From IMG/VR virus record IMGVR_UViG_2693429913_000006, positions 959 through 64,958 of that record: a stretch of DNA of 64,000 nt. The stretch is one strand, 5' to 3'. The translations under genes and the position numbers were made by a program. Positions 38,141 to 47,897 of the stretch are shown one piece after another. The notes below the pieces were generated by a model. That model was not told the origin of the DNA and did no database searches. It saw nothing but the letters and a program-made list of their open reading frames with translations. How positions within the stretch are numbered: position 1 is the stretch's first letter; each line of letters begins with the position of its first letter. This stretch comes from a virus (Duplodnaviria; Caudoviricetes).

Positions 38141-38210
38141 CTGATATGATAAACCTGCATTTGATATCAAATATGCATATTTGATATCAAAACATTGTTT
38201 TTGATATCAA
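38141..38210. repeat. 20-bp-phased TTGATATCAA array A
   Basis: Exact boxes at 38161, 38181, 38201; degenerate box at 38141. Confidence 0.85.
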
Positions 38211-38269
38211 AATAGAGTATACTATGATTAGCAGGAGGTGATCGTATCAAGGGCATTAAAAGTAAATTT

Positions 38270-38752
38270 GTGAAAATTTGTTTCCTTTCTGTCTTAATCG
38301 GATTTGTTCTAGCTAGATGTTCTTTTAGGTCAACAGAATACAAAGGTGGGTTCCTAGAGTATATCTTCTCAGATTTGTTTCTAAATCATGTATTATCAAT
38401 GGGTACACAGTGGGGCTTTGTATCAATTCTATCGGCTGTTATTCTGTTTCGTGTTCACTTGTACGTTGTTGTTCTGCTCTTTGTTTTTACATGGCTAGAT
38501 GGAACCAGACAACAAGCGATTCAATTATCGAAACAGTCTGTAATAGTTTTGGGTTACAATACGAAGCCGACAACAAACATAACCAGATCTCACAAATGGG
38601 CATTCTATAGTTCGGTTTACTTGCTTATATGCGGAATCCTTGTTACATTACTAGGGGTCTTAATTCCCACCGTAATCGTATTTATGAAATTTATTGTTCC
38701 TATCTTCTTACTTATAATGATTTTACGGATGATCACATTTTTCAAACGATAG
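38270..38752 (+). CDS. multi-TM membrane protein (moron-like)
   Basis: Four to five hydrophobic segments; AGGAGGTG RBS upstream. Confidence 0.6.
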   Translation: MKICFLSVLIGFVLARCSFRSTEYKGGFLEYIFSDLFLNHVLSMGTQWGFVSILSAVILFRVHLYVVVLLFVFTWLDGTRQQAIQLSKQSVIVLGYNTKPTTNITRSHKWAFYSSVYLLICGILVTLLGVLIPTVIVFMKFIVPIFLLIMILRMITFFKR

Positions 38753-38792
38753 ATAACTGAAAATACAAAAAACCTATCGCGCGATAGGTTTT

Positions 38793-39221
38793 TTACTTTA
38801 CTATATCTACTTTGGCGGTGATGGTTATTTTAGCCATCTCCTCGCCTTTTCGCTGGTCAGAGCGATCTAACTTGGGCTTACCTATGTTTCGGTATCCTAA
38901 CAGTGTCAAGGACTTCTCGATGTAATCACCAATGACATAATTCCGATATGCTTTTTTTTCACCAGTTACCAGCCCAAAAAAGGAAACATGCGGTACATAG
39001 ACGCGAAGTAAATCCTCTGGTACATAGATATCAATGTTCAAAACAGCGTCGTAACTAATAATATTATCCTCTCGAACCTCCGTGAAGTAGTACCTCAGTT
39101 CCACTTCTTGGTTACGCTTTTTGATTGGTCGCTGACTTCCTATTATCCGTGGTTCTAATTCCTTTTTCTGTTCTGGTGTGAGATCCGGTTGATTTAATGG
39201 ACAATCATTTTGATAATACAC
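38793..39221 (-). CDS. hypothetical protein; frame open upstream to ~39410
   Basis: In-frame stop-free extension to an ATT 7 nt after GGAGGTG at the end of the relaxase gene. Confidence 0.55.
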   Translation of the reverse strand: MYYQNDCPLNQPDLTPEQKKELEPRIIGSQRPIKKRNQEVELRYYFTEVREDNIISYDAVLNIDIYVPEDLLRVYVPHVSFFGLVTGEKKAYRNYVIGDYIEKSLTLLGYRNIGKPKLDRSDQRKGEEMAKITITAKVDIVK

Positions 39222-39405
39222 CAGCTTTAGGATATCTTGGTTAGAAAAAATCTGGTCATCAATGTCGACTAAAGAATCGCTTACAAGCTTGGTATGTTTT
39301 TGCCTAAAGAAATTTAGCGACTTTAGAGTAATCCCTAGTTGTTTCAGATTCTTTTTTTCGTGGTCGATCCAAGCTAGAAAATGTTTAACGAACCCTTGAT
39401 GATTT

Positions 39406-40344
39406 CTAATGATCGCTCACCTCCATCTGTTTAAAATATTCTCTTATGTTGGTTTCGAAATCCTTTTTTAAACAGCATGTTACATCTAGTTTTTTTGATT
39501 TTAACACCCTTGGAAACTCTGGAAATCTTTTCTTTTCTTCGGTCACAAAGAAGATATCTGGAAAGGGATTCTTTACATAATTAGTAATCGGATTCTTATA
39601 CCAATCCTTCCATTCCTTTACCTCTTTATACATATCAAACTTCTTAGATAGCTTAGGGAAGGTGTGCCGATAGCCACGATCTTCGCTTCCGGTATCATAC
39701 TCAAAAAATGTATGAACTAGATCCCCTGTACGGTCATTCTGAAAGATCGCGTATACATCGGGGTTTAGTTTGTTTTCATGTCGAACAATTCTGTTCCCCG
39801 CTTCGCAGAACCAAAGTTCTTCACCCTCTGGAGTTTTCGCGATGCTCCAACCTAATTCCTTTGCGACCTCCCGAATAACAATTTCCATATTGTTCACTTG
39901 AATGATATGGTGGACTTTTTGAGATAAAACGGGCTTTCCATCTTCGTAACGGATGCGTTCTCTATGATGGAAAAAATTTACCGCTTCACTGCCTAACTTT
40001 CCAAGTGCCACCACGGTAGTCCGCTTCACGCTATCATCCCATAGTATTACTTGTTGATAACAAGCACGATCTATCAAATAATATTCATGCATACGTTTTA
40101 GGCTTCGATTTAGAAGAGACCGGGAGCGTTTCTGGCTCCCGTACTCAGGATGAAGGTATTCAATTTGCTCGGAGGTCATAATCAATCGTTCCGCAAGTAA
40201 ATTTAATATTTCCGCCCTGCGTTCGGTGGGGATTTGATTCGACTTCACGTAATCATAATTTTTTTCTACCCTCGGAATCCTCTTCCTTTTGTAAAGCTGG
40301 CGAGTGCGTTTTCCTTTGTTGGTTGATTGGCCTTTTCCTTGCAT
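39406..40344 (-). CDS. replication-relaxation (Replic_Relax) family protein
   Basis: N-terminal wHTH (IL.LLAERLIMTSEQI...RSLKRM...LIDR), HHIIQVN, PDVY, FFEYDTGSE, KKFDMY, FP.IFFVT. Confidence 0.75.
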   Translation of the reverse strand: MQGKGQSTNKGKRTRQLYKRKRIPRVEKNYDYVKSNQIPTERRAEILNLLAERLIMTSEQIEYLHPEYGSQKRSRSLLNRSLKRMHEYYLIDRACYQQVILWDDSVKRTTVVALGKLGSEAVNFFHHRERIRYEDGKPVLSQKVHHIIQVNNMEIVIREVAKELGWSIAKTPEGEELWFCEAGNRIVRHENKLNPDVYAIFQNDRTGDLVHTFFEYDTGSEDRGYRHTFPKLSKKFDMYKEVKEWKDWYKNPITNYVKNPFPDIFFVTEEKKRFPEFPRVLKSKKLDVTCCLKKDFETNIREYFKQMEVSDH

Positions 40345-42815
40345 TGAGATTGCTTCCTTTCTTGTTTTTTCTCGTATCGCTTCCGCTCCAGAATGGTTCT
40401 CGAGACTCCTAATTTATTTGGATGTGAACGAAATTTTTCCAATGAAATTGGACTGTATACAGGGAATCTCGTATGTGCAGGCTCCAGTAGCTTTGCTTGG
40501 AACACATGGGATTGTTTCCCCCAGTCCTGTCGAACAATTCCTGTGAATGGTGTTTTCATGAGTTGATGAAAGTCTTCCTCCTTGTAGGGAGATAGGGTTT
40601 GCTCCATAGTTCCAAAAAAATCACTTCCGCCTTTCAATAAAATCAAATTGGGTCGCGCATCATAAATTGATTCCTTTAACTCGTTTTCTTTGCGGCCTGC
40701 TTTGTTGAAACTTGACCAGCCATGAATCGTAAAAAGAAATCGTATACGAAACTTTCTAGGCTCCTTAAACAGATCCGGGAATAGATCCTGTACCGCTCGT
40801 TGGTCGATGATTTGGTGAAGCTCGTCGATTACCACTAGACACTCTTTCCTTTTCTCTTCTTCGATACTTGCCCGGGCTACCATGAGATTCCAGATCCGGA
40901 CAAAGTAGTGCGTAAAAAGAAATTTGCTTAACTCTTTTGAAATTTCTTGCCCGCTTCGAGGGAGATGAATTAGAACCAAATACGGCCCCTCAGTTGTATC
41001 ATTCATCCACTTCCAAAAATCGATCCGTTCGTCATGCTCACGATCTATGACATTAAGAAAATCCTCATCCATCATGTAAGGAACAATTCTGTTTCGAATC
41101 GTTTTTAAAACACTTGAATCATTTTCCATGTCCTCATGATTCGCTTCGAGGACTTCAACAAGTGCATGTTTACTCTTCTTTTTTAGCTTGGATACAATTT
41201 CGTCCAAGTAATCTGCGTCTCTCAATATATTTAATGCATCAACGAGATTTCCCCGTCCTACCTCATAGCTTGCTTGTAATGACGCTTTAAAAAATCGATC
41301 TACAGCAACAGTCCGTCCATCTTCTTTTATACTATCGAGTAGGATCTGCGTTTCTGTGTCGGCTATATGCTTTCTAATACTTTTACTTTCATGTTGTATA
41401 ACGTCATGAAAGCCGACTTGTAAAGGGCTGTCAGATGCTGCGTGATTGAGTACTACTACATTGCTTTGTGCAAAGTCAGGAATACAACGATATATCTGTC
41501 TGCACAAATTTCCATCAGCCACATCAAAGGCGATCACTGCGCGCCCGTACTTCCGCCACTCTTCGGCATTCTCTGCCCCTCCAAGGTATGTTCCTAGTAT
41601 TTGATTTACTAGAAGACTAGTTTTCCCAGAGCCTTGTTCCCCGCTTACAATTGTTGATTTCACCCTGTCGTCAAGTTGCTCTGCGTTTCTATGCCGTGGT
41701 ATTGAAACGGTTTGATTGGTTGTGATGTCCCGGACAAAGGGAACAGATCCTTTTTTCTCAGTCAGTAACACTTCCGGTACAGATGTTTTTTGTTCGATTT
41801 CTACACAAAAAGAATCGTCAATCTCATTTACTTTAGGAATCCAGAGTAATCGGTCGAGTTCCTTTCTTGTTACAATGAGACGCGGAACATCAGTATTTAG
41901 ATGCCCGTTTTTCAAGCGAGCTAAATCCGGTGAAACCGGAACTAAACTCAATTGATTCTCACCTTGTATGCCATTCAAAAGACGTTGTAAATACTCTTTA
42001 AACACTTGTACCCGTGACTTGTCATCCGACCATAGAATAAACAGAAATTCGCCATGAATGTAGTGCGTCATTTCTAGAAGTAATCTAGCTTCTGATTGCT
42101 CATTTTTTTTTGGACTCCGAATCTTTTCCCCTCTGATTGATACCTTGCCAGTCAGTAACTGTCTCCATCCGTCAATGCTATCAAGTACTTCCTTTTTAAG
42201 ACCATTCGATTGATGATGTATTTTTTCCCATTGTTTCGCCGTTCCTTTTTTGATTCCATGCATGATACGACTAGATAGTGAGTCGATCCCATGCAATTTG
42301 CGCTGCAGTCTTTTTCTTAAAGCTTTGTGGTTAACATCTTCTTTACCTGTGAAGCTATATAAAAATTGTTCGTCATTGCGTATGAACTGGAGAAGAGATT
42401 TCACTTTAAATCTTAATTGCGTTTGCGTTTCGATAGATAGGTGATCGCAACCTTGAACAGCAAAAGCGTGCATGTTTTCATCGAAAAAGGAAAGGTTACT
42501 TCTCTTTAATTTACAACTAACCGTATCTTGATGTATGGCGGTTTGGATGATTTGAACCTGATTTACTGGAATACTAACGTATTGATGCACCCGTCCGCGA
42601 TCTTTCATGATCTTGTAACTTACATGGGGAGATTCTACGTGTGCTTGCTGTTCCTCATTCCATCCTTCCGGTGCATAGTACTTGTTCATCCTCGTTACTT
42701 CTTTTACGAACTCTTTCATTTCTTGTGTTGAATCTTGGTTGCCACCATTGCCGCTCATCCGTACAAACGGAATTACCTCATACGTTTCAGTGACAACGTA
42801 CTTTCGATTTTCCAT
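40266..42815 (-). CDS. VirB4/VirD4/HerA-FtsK-superfamily ATPase
   Basis: Walker A GEQGSGKT, AFDVADG, Walker B VVIDELHQ, EPRKFR..F..H. Confidence 0.8.
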   Translation of the reverse strand: MENRKYVVTETYEVIPFVRMSGNGGNQDSTQEMKEFVKEVTRMNKYYAPEGWNEEQQAHVESPHVSYKIMKDRGRVHQYVSIPVNQVQIIQTAIHQDTVSCKLKRSNLSFFDENMHAFAVQGCDHLSIETQTQLRFKVKSLLQFIRNDEQFLYSFTGKEDVNHKALRKRLQRKLHGIDSLSSRIMHGIKKGTAKQWEKIHHQSNGLKKEVLDSIDGWRQLLTGKVSIRGEKIRSPKKNEQSEARLLLEMTHYIHGEFLFILWSDDKSRVQVFKEYLQRLLNGIQGENQLSLVPVSPDLARLKNGHLNTDVPRLIVTRKELDRLLWIPKVNEIDDSFCVEIEQKTSVPEVLLTEKKGSVPFVRDITTNQTVSIPRHRNAEQLDDRVKSTIVSGEQGSGKTSLLVNQILGTYLGGAENAEEWRKYGRAVIAFDVADGNLCRQIYRCIPDFAQSNVVVLNHAASDSPLQVGFHDVIQHESKSIRKHIADTETQILLDSIKEDGRTVAVDRFFKASLQASYEVGRGNLVDALNILRDADYLDEIVSKLKKKSKHALVEVLEANHEDMENDSSVLKTIRNRIVPYMMDEDFLNVIDREHDERIDFWKWMNDTTEGPYLVLIHLPRSGQEISKELSKFLFTHYFVRIWNLMVARASIEEEKRKECLVVIDELHQIIDQRAVQDLFPDLFKEPRKFRIRFLFTIHGWSSFNKAGRKENELKESIYDARPNLILLKGGSDFFGTMEQTLSPYKEEDFHQLMKTPFTGIVRQDWGKQSHVFQAKLLEPAHTRFPVYSPISLEKFRSHPNKLGVSRTILERKRYEKKQERKQSQCKEKANQPTKENALASFTKGRGFRG

Positions 42816-42882
42816 GAGCTATCCAATCCTTTCAATTAAGATGAACGGGCCAACAAGGGAGTTATGTCAGCCCGCGAAATGC

Positions 42883-43017
42883 CTACTCGTAATCTGATTT
42901 TTTAGCTACAACTATCAATGGTTTCTTTTGCTTATATTTTCTTTTCTGATACCAGTAGATCAACCAAATAAATACAATTGGGGTTATCAAGAAAATCGTA
43001 GCGATAACTTCCAACAT
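42883..43017 (-). CDS. 44-aa single-TM protein (not in ORF track)
   Basis: MLEVIATIFLITPIVFIWLIYWYQKRK...; AAGGGGG RBS. Confidence 0.5.
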   Translation of the reverse strand: MLEVIATIFLITPIVFIWLIYWYQKRKYKQKKPLIVVAKKSDYE

Positions 43018-43033
43018 TGGTTAGCCCCCTTTT

Positions 43034-43291
43034 CTATTTATAGGCGGCGGAAATATCGGTTAATTTCTTCAATATTTCCGCTTGTGTTTGCGGGTATTGG
43101 CTTTTTATATAAGCTACATCGATATTCATTAAGACACTGGTTATCCCGACCGCAAGTAAAAGTTTTAACGCCGTGTGATGTAGTTGGTCGTCATTCATAC
43201 GCTTTATGATGATGACGGACCCTACAATGACACCAACTAAGACGATCACAACTTCGTAGTACATGACGAACCAAAATAATACACCCGACAT
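43034..43291 (-). CDS. small two-TM membrane protein
   Basis: Hydrophobic; coupled to the upstream gene. Confidence 0.6.
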   Translation of the reverse strand: MSGVLFWFVMYYEVVIVLVGVIVGSVIIIKRMNDDQLHHTALKLLLAVGITSVLMNIDVAYIKSQYPQTQAEILKKLTDISAAYK

Positions 43292-43597
43292 TTACTTCTT
43301 ACCGCCTTTGACATCGATTTGCTCGATCTGTGTTTTGATATTATCCGTTATCTTTCCGGCTGGTTTTTGTAAGGATTGAACGACATTAACGCCGATTGGA
43401 ACCAACAAAGGAAGCGCAGCAACACAAGTAACAGCTATCGCGGTAGACCGTAAAGCCTTCAAACCATTATCTCCAGCTTTTACTTGCTTACCGACATTTA
43501 CTATGGACACCAAAACGATGAATGATAATACGACACCTAACACGATACCAATGATGCCATAGGTAGCGTAATAAACACCTAATGCCTGTTCTAACAT
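43292..43597 (-). CDS. small two-TM membrane protein (pilin/VirB2-like position)
   Basis: Two TM helices with a basic loop; first gene of the transfer-like operon. Confidence 0.55.
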   Translation of the reverse strand: MLEQALGVYYATYGIIGIVLGVVLSFIVLVSIVNVGKQVKAGDNGLKALRSTAIAVTCVAALPLLVPIGVNVVQSLQKPAGKITDNIKTQIEQIDVKGGKK

Positions 43598-43840
43598 TGT
43601 GAAATTTCATCTCCTTAGCCCCGGTATAGGGGTATGTTTTTCGGTATGCTTTATGGAGTTCTATAAAGCATACCCCATCAGTTAAGTAATTCACCTTGAT
43701 AGATCAGGATAAAAGGAAGATCGAATGACTCAGAAAAACAAAGAAAACTTTCTTTTACAATACTCTTTTTTCTCTCTATTTTCTGTTAATTACCTAGTCG
43801 AATCTACCCGCCAAATCCCTAACTTCATTATATTCTAATT

Positions 43841-43908
43841 TGATATCAAATGCAACAATATGATATCAAATATTTATTTTTGATATCACTTGCGGGATTT
43901 TGATATTG
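43841..43908. repeat. 20-bp-phased TGATATCA array B
   Basis: Boxes at 43841, 43861, 43881; degenerate TGATATTG at 43901. Confidence 0.85.
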
Positions 43909-44091
43909 ATTTTATAATTGGAAAGGAAGGTGGAAACAGAATGAACAAAATGTGCGATTGGTGCAGGAAAGAAAAGCGTTTGTTAGAAGTTGAACAAGAC
44001 CATCTATTCCTATGTGATGACTGTACAGTCGAATATGATAGAGAGTACTACGGATATCACGTCGGCAGGGAGGATCTAAACGAGTTTAAAT

Positions 44092-44415
44092 ATGGAAGGG
44101 GCATTACCAAAAGTGAGTAATTCATATGATAATGACACGAAACAATTAGGAAGTCGCATAAGTTCCAAGCTATGGGAATTTGCGGATGAATATACAAAGA
44201 GGAAGAATTTAACGAAATCACAGACATATGAACTAATATTCTCTCTAGCGGAGGAGCAATTAGATGTTTTGGATGTGCTATCATTCACAACAAATAAACC
44301 TAAACTAGCTCTTGCCAAAGAAGCCACGGCCTTACTTATGGCAAAGTACAGAGATTACCTACCGCCAATAGTAGTAAAAGAAAAGGAAAAAGAAAACGAA
44401 TGCCCCGAATCTTAA
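44092..44415 (+). CDS. ribbon-helix-helix-like DNA-binding protein
   Basis: TKQLGSRISSKLWEFADEYTKRKNLTKSQTYELIFS fits the CopG/MetJ beta-alpha-alpha pattern. Confidence 0.55.
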   Translation: MEGALPKVSNSYDNDTKQLGSRISSKLWEFADEYTKRKNLTKSQTYELIFSLAEEQLDVLDVLSFTTNKPKLALAKEATALLMAKYRDYLPPIVVKEKEKENECPES

Positions 44416-44456
44416 TTGGCGGCATTCGTTTTCTTTTTCGTCCTACTCCTGTGCGC

Positions 44457-44735
44457 GGGGTATAGGGAGCAACGGAACAGAAAACCGGAATAAGCCTTAT
44501 CGGACATGGGGATTGGAATAAATTTGCATATGGCCCCTTATTTCGCTTTTGGTTGCCATCCAGTAACGGATTTATCACTTACAGATGGGCACATTTCGTG
44601 TCCGATAAGATACATTAGCGGACGTGATGCCTTCTGTTTCATGTGGTCTATGTCCGATAAGGTAGAAAATATCCATTGAATTCAATGTCCGCTAAGGTCT
44701 ATTGCTATTTTCTGTTCCACTGCTCCCCATACCCC
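44457..44735. mobile_element. 279-bp Tn3-family (Tn5401-like) MITE with 5-bp TSD TGCGC
   Basis: Terminal IRs GGGGTATAGGGAGCAACGGAACAGAAAA / TTTTCTGTTCCACTGCTCCCCATACCCC; TGCGC at 44452-44456 and 44736-44740; internal ATGTCCG(A/C)TAAG boxes. Confidence 0.88.
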
Positions 44736-44767
44736 TGCGCTACCGCCCCATGTATTCCGCTTGTGTT

Positions 44768-44935
44768 GGGGGAACTGGGACCAACAGAAGGGGGTATTAG
44801 ACCTTATCGGACATTGATTTTATGGGATATTTTCTACATTATCGGATATATACGTCATAGAAATGGTATCTCTATTGCCGATATTGTAAGTTATCGGATA
44901 TCTGGATCAGTCGCTTCCGCTGTTCCACTTGCACC
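44768..44935. mobile_element. degenerate second copy of the MITE
   Basis: TAGACCTTATCGGACATTGATTTTATGGGATATTTTCTACATTATCGGATATA mirrors the MITE right end; TTCCGCTGTTCCACT resembles a decayed IR. Confidence 0.55.
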
Positions 44936-45334
44936 AAATTGTTGATACTACTGATGTTTCCAAATATTCCTATCCTATGTCCTATTTTTACACGTATCTT
45001 TGTACCCCATATTGAAATCAACCAACTAGATTTTATTTGGTTTTTTATTTGGAGAACAGCAATCTACTAAGCTATTAAAATCAATTTTAAGGGGTCTAGC
45101 GCCCTTGTGTTGGGGTTTTATGATGGTAGGTAATGTATTAGTACCGATTCGTCCATACATGACTAACGTCCCTAGTCTCACAATCCCTTTGATACCAAGC
45201 ATTTTAAAAAATGGATAGGAAAAAAGTATTATATTTTTTTAAAAATTGTGAAGGTATTATGATTTTTATGTCGAATTCTATATATAAGGAGTTCAAAATT
45301 AATCCTTACATACCATTTTTAGGGGGATTTTGAA

Positions 45335-45775
45335 ATGAAAAGAAAGCAAAAGATTCTAGGATTCGGTGTAGCATCTCTCATGTTTGGCATGATGGCCTTA
45401 CCGATGGTGGCTTTAGCTAACTCATCATCATGGGAGTTTTACATGGATAGGGCCGAAGTGAACGGAGACAAAAATAAAGAGTACCATTATATGAATGCTG
45501 GCAATATGAAGCTTTCGGGAAGCGTAAATATTGATTCATACGCAAACGGAAACCTCAAAATCCAAACTCTTAATTTCACTGTCAAAGAATGGGTTGATTG
45601 GTCCCCTGATCGGCTAGTTGGAAAGACAAGTGTCACTCCTTCGAAAAGTGACAGAAGAAGCGTATCGGCCACATTTGGTAAACAGAAGCAGGGAAAGTAC
45701 TACATTGTTGTCGCAAAACAGAAAGATGATGACGGGTACAATATCAGTGGATACGGGGACCTAATAACAAACTAA
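45335..45775 (+). CDS. secreted protein
   Basis: Sec signal peptide ending VALA; beta-rich mature domain with GKYYIVV.K. Confidence 0.75.
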   Translation: MKRKQKILGFGVASLMFGMMALPMVALANSSSWEFYMDRAEVNGDKNKEYHYMNAGNMKLSGSVNIDSYANGNLKIQTLNFTVKEWVDWSPDRLVGKTSVTPSKSDRRSVSATFGKQKQGKYYIVVAKQKDDDGYNISGYGDLITN

Positions 45776-45844
45776 TATTTCAACAAAGTGCAGTCTCTCT
45801 TCATAGAGCTGCACTTTGTTTTTAAAAAATGGAGGGGGATATAA

Positions 45845-46534
45845 ATGTATCGTTTGTATGTATTAATCACACTTTTTTTGTTGTTTGGTTATTCCTTTTG
45901 GTTCATGTATACGCTTGATCATGATGATGCATATAGGCTTGGATATAGCTTATCTTTATTCGATTTACCTGTGTTGGTCCCTACAGTAGGGATATTGGGA
46001 CTATGCTTAGTTCATCTCCGAAAAAGAAGCTCAAAGAGTGCTGCCTATTTATTTTGTTTCACGACTTTCTATGTCTATATGATGGGGGTTGCTCACTACT
46101 CACTCTTTCCTATCACTGTTGACCCTAATCTAGGAGAGATTGATATATCATCATCAATCAATCTTAATCCAATCAAAATCGAATCATGGCAGTATCTGAT
46201 TAGTGGACAGGTGTTGTTGAACATCTTAATGACGACTCCCTTTGGTTTGGGAATATCTTATGTAAAAGAACTGAATACAAGACAAGTGTTAATGTGGGGA
46301 TTCCTATTCTGCTTTCTGATTGAGTTTATCCAACTGGTTCTGCTTTGGAGCTTACAAGACACTACCTTTAAAATCGATATAATTGATTTGATTTGTAATT
46401 TTGCAGGTGTGTGTGTTGGGTACGGTATATTCTGGACAATTTCACATCTAGAAGTTCATAGGGAACTATATAACCAAATTCACATGGATCGAAGGTATGC
46501 CAGTATTTCCAATCAGGAACAAATGAAGAGTTAA
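45845..46534 (+). CDS. VanZ-family membrane protein
   Basis: SLFP, INLNP, LNILMTTPFG, IEFIQL, DIIDLICNFAG. Confidence 0.85.
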   Translation: MYRLYVLITLFLLFGYSFWFMYTLDHDDAYRLGYSLSLFDLPVLVPTVGILGLCLVHLRKRSSKSAAYLFCFTTFYVYMMGVAHYSLFPITVDPNLGEIDISSSINLNPIKIESWQYLISGQVLLNILMTTPFGLGISYVKELNTRQVLMWGFLFCFLIEFIQLVLLWSLQDTTFKIDIIDLICNFAGVCVGYGIFWTISHLEVHRELYNQIHMDRRYASISNQEQMKS

Positions 46535-46604
46535 TTCCCTGAAACAGTAAAAAAGGCTAAACTCCCCATTGAATTAATGGATAGTTAGCCTTTTTTATAT
46601 CAAA

Positions 46605-47555
46605 CTATTGTTTATTATTTTTCGACAAGGAAAGTATTTCATTGGTGAGTGTATGCAATGCGTTAATGTCTTTTTCGACTTCACGGACCTTTTCTAATCT
46701 TTCTGGTAAAACTAGCTTTTGCTTATATACTTCTACTTCCTGTTCAAAGAAGGAAATCGCCTTCAATTGCTCTGTATACGATTGAATGGTGGACGCTTTT
46801 TCCTTTTTATCCAGTATAGACCATGTAAAACTTAATTCTTTATGTTGCTTTTTTGTGCTGTCCAATTGATCTCGTACTAACTCGGACACTGTATCGAATG
46901 TTAAAGAATCGGCGTATTCCAACAGTTCCTTTTTGCGCTCTGATGTTAAATGAATGTACATATGTAAGAGACGGCCTGAATCATCCGGGTTTATGTTGTC
47001 TACGGCTTCGAATAACCGTTCTAATCTTTCGCCATCTATCAACTGGCCATCTTCTGTAGAAAGCCATTCGAGAATGCCGGAAATCCTCATTTCCTCTGCC
47101 TTATTGTGAATGATGGACATAATCTTCCCAAGTAAGATAGGATCGTTCTGCATTTCTGCTACTAGAACGAGAGGGGGAAAGTTATATTGGTTTTCATCAA
47201 ATACAGCTTTTAGGCATTGGATGTACTCTTCTGGTACGACAATTTCTTCCTCTTCTTCGACTAATTGATCGGGAGCAGAAGCTTCTGACGGATCAAATAG
47301 AGCTTGTACCATTTGGTCCCCAAACTCCCGTCCCATTGAAAGACAAGTACCAACGTATGTATCAAAAAATCCTTCGACGATTGCGTTTTGCTCGTTGGTG
47401 AGGAAGCGGTTCTTTGCTTTTTTTATTGCCTTTTCTATCTTTTCCTTGTTCATCTGGTTTCTATCAAGGTCTTTTGTTTGAATCAGTTTGATAAATTCGC
47501 TATATGCTTCATGGATGATACCCTTATGTTTTATCATCGTTATTGGATCGATCAT
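46605..47555 (-). CDS. hypothetical helical protein downstream of rep
   Basis: 316 aa, AAAGGAGG RBS. Confidence 0.65.
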   Translation of the reverse strand: MIDPITMIKHKGIIHEAYSEFIKLIQTKDLDRNQMNKEKIEKAIKKAKNRFLTNEQNAIVEGFFDTYVGTCLSMGREFGDQMVQALFDPSEASAPDQLVEEEEEIVVPEEYIQCLKAVFDENQYNFPPLVLVAEMQNDPILLGKIMSIIHNKAEEMRISGILEWLSTEDGQLIDGERLERLFEAVDNINPDDSGRLLHMYIHLTSERKKELLEYADSLTFDTVSELVRDQLDSTKKQHKELSFTWSILDKKEKASTIQSYTEQLKAISFFEQEVEVYKQKLVLPERLEKVREVEKDINALHTLTNEILSLSKNNKQ

Positions 47556-47580
47556 GTTATATCCTCCTTTTTGTAAAAAG

Positions 47581-47814
47581 CTAGAATAGACTTTCTATGA
47601 CTATGGGTTCGTCCCGAATAGGGGGACGTAGCTCGTGTTCATCTAGAAATCGGATGATCTCTTCTTCTTTTTTGGCAAAGGCTATTGTTCCGAGATAGCG
47701 GATCTGCCAGCCCGGAACAAAGCCAATCATCATAAAATCTATTACAATGGTTCCTTCTCGTCCTTTGATGGAGAGCGGGGACCCGGCTTGTATATTCTTA
47801 AAATTGTGAGTCAT
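47581..47814 (-). CDS. hypothetical protein
   Basis: 77 aa, GAGG RBS. Confidence 0.5.
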   Translation of the reverse strand: MTHNFKNIQAGSPLSIKGREGTIVIDFMMIGFVPGWQIRYLGTIAFAKKEEEIIRFLDEHELRPPIRDEPIVIESLF

Positions 47815-47897
47815 GGTGTACGATATTCCTCATTCCTACCAACCAAATTAAAATATCTAGTTTGCTATACAAACCCTTTTGTACAACAAAATACTTA

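Noticed and set aside
38141-38210. TTGATATCAA arrays as a mini-CRISPR
   Set aside because: Repeats are 8-10 bp with 10-12-bp spacers and there are no cas genes; better explained as phased protein-binding sites
44960-45008. Possible further Tn3-like end (GGGGTACAAAG... on the minus strand)
   Set aside because: Only the first 6 bp resemble the IR; no partner end or TSD found
45161-45177. Extra ACGTCCC in hairpin GACTA-ACGTCCC-TAGTC
   Set aside because: The motif is in the loop and lacks the GTGT partner; a 7-mer match is expected by chance in 64 kb
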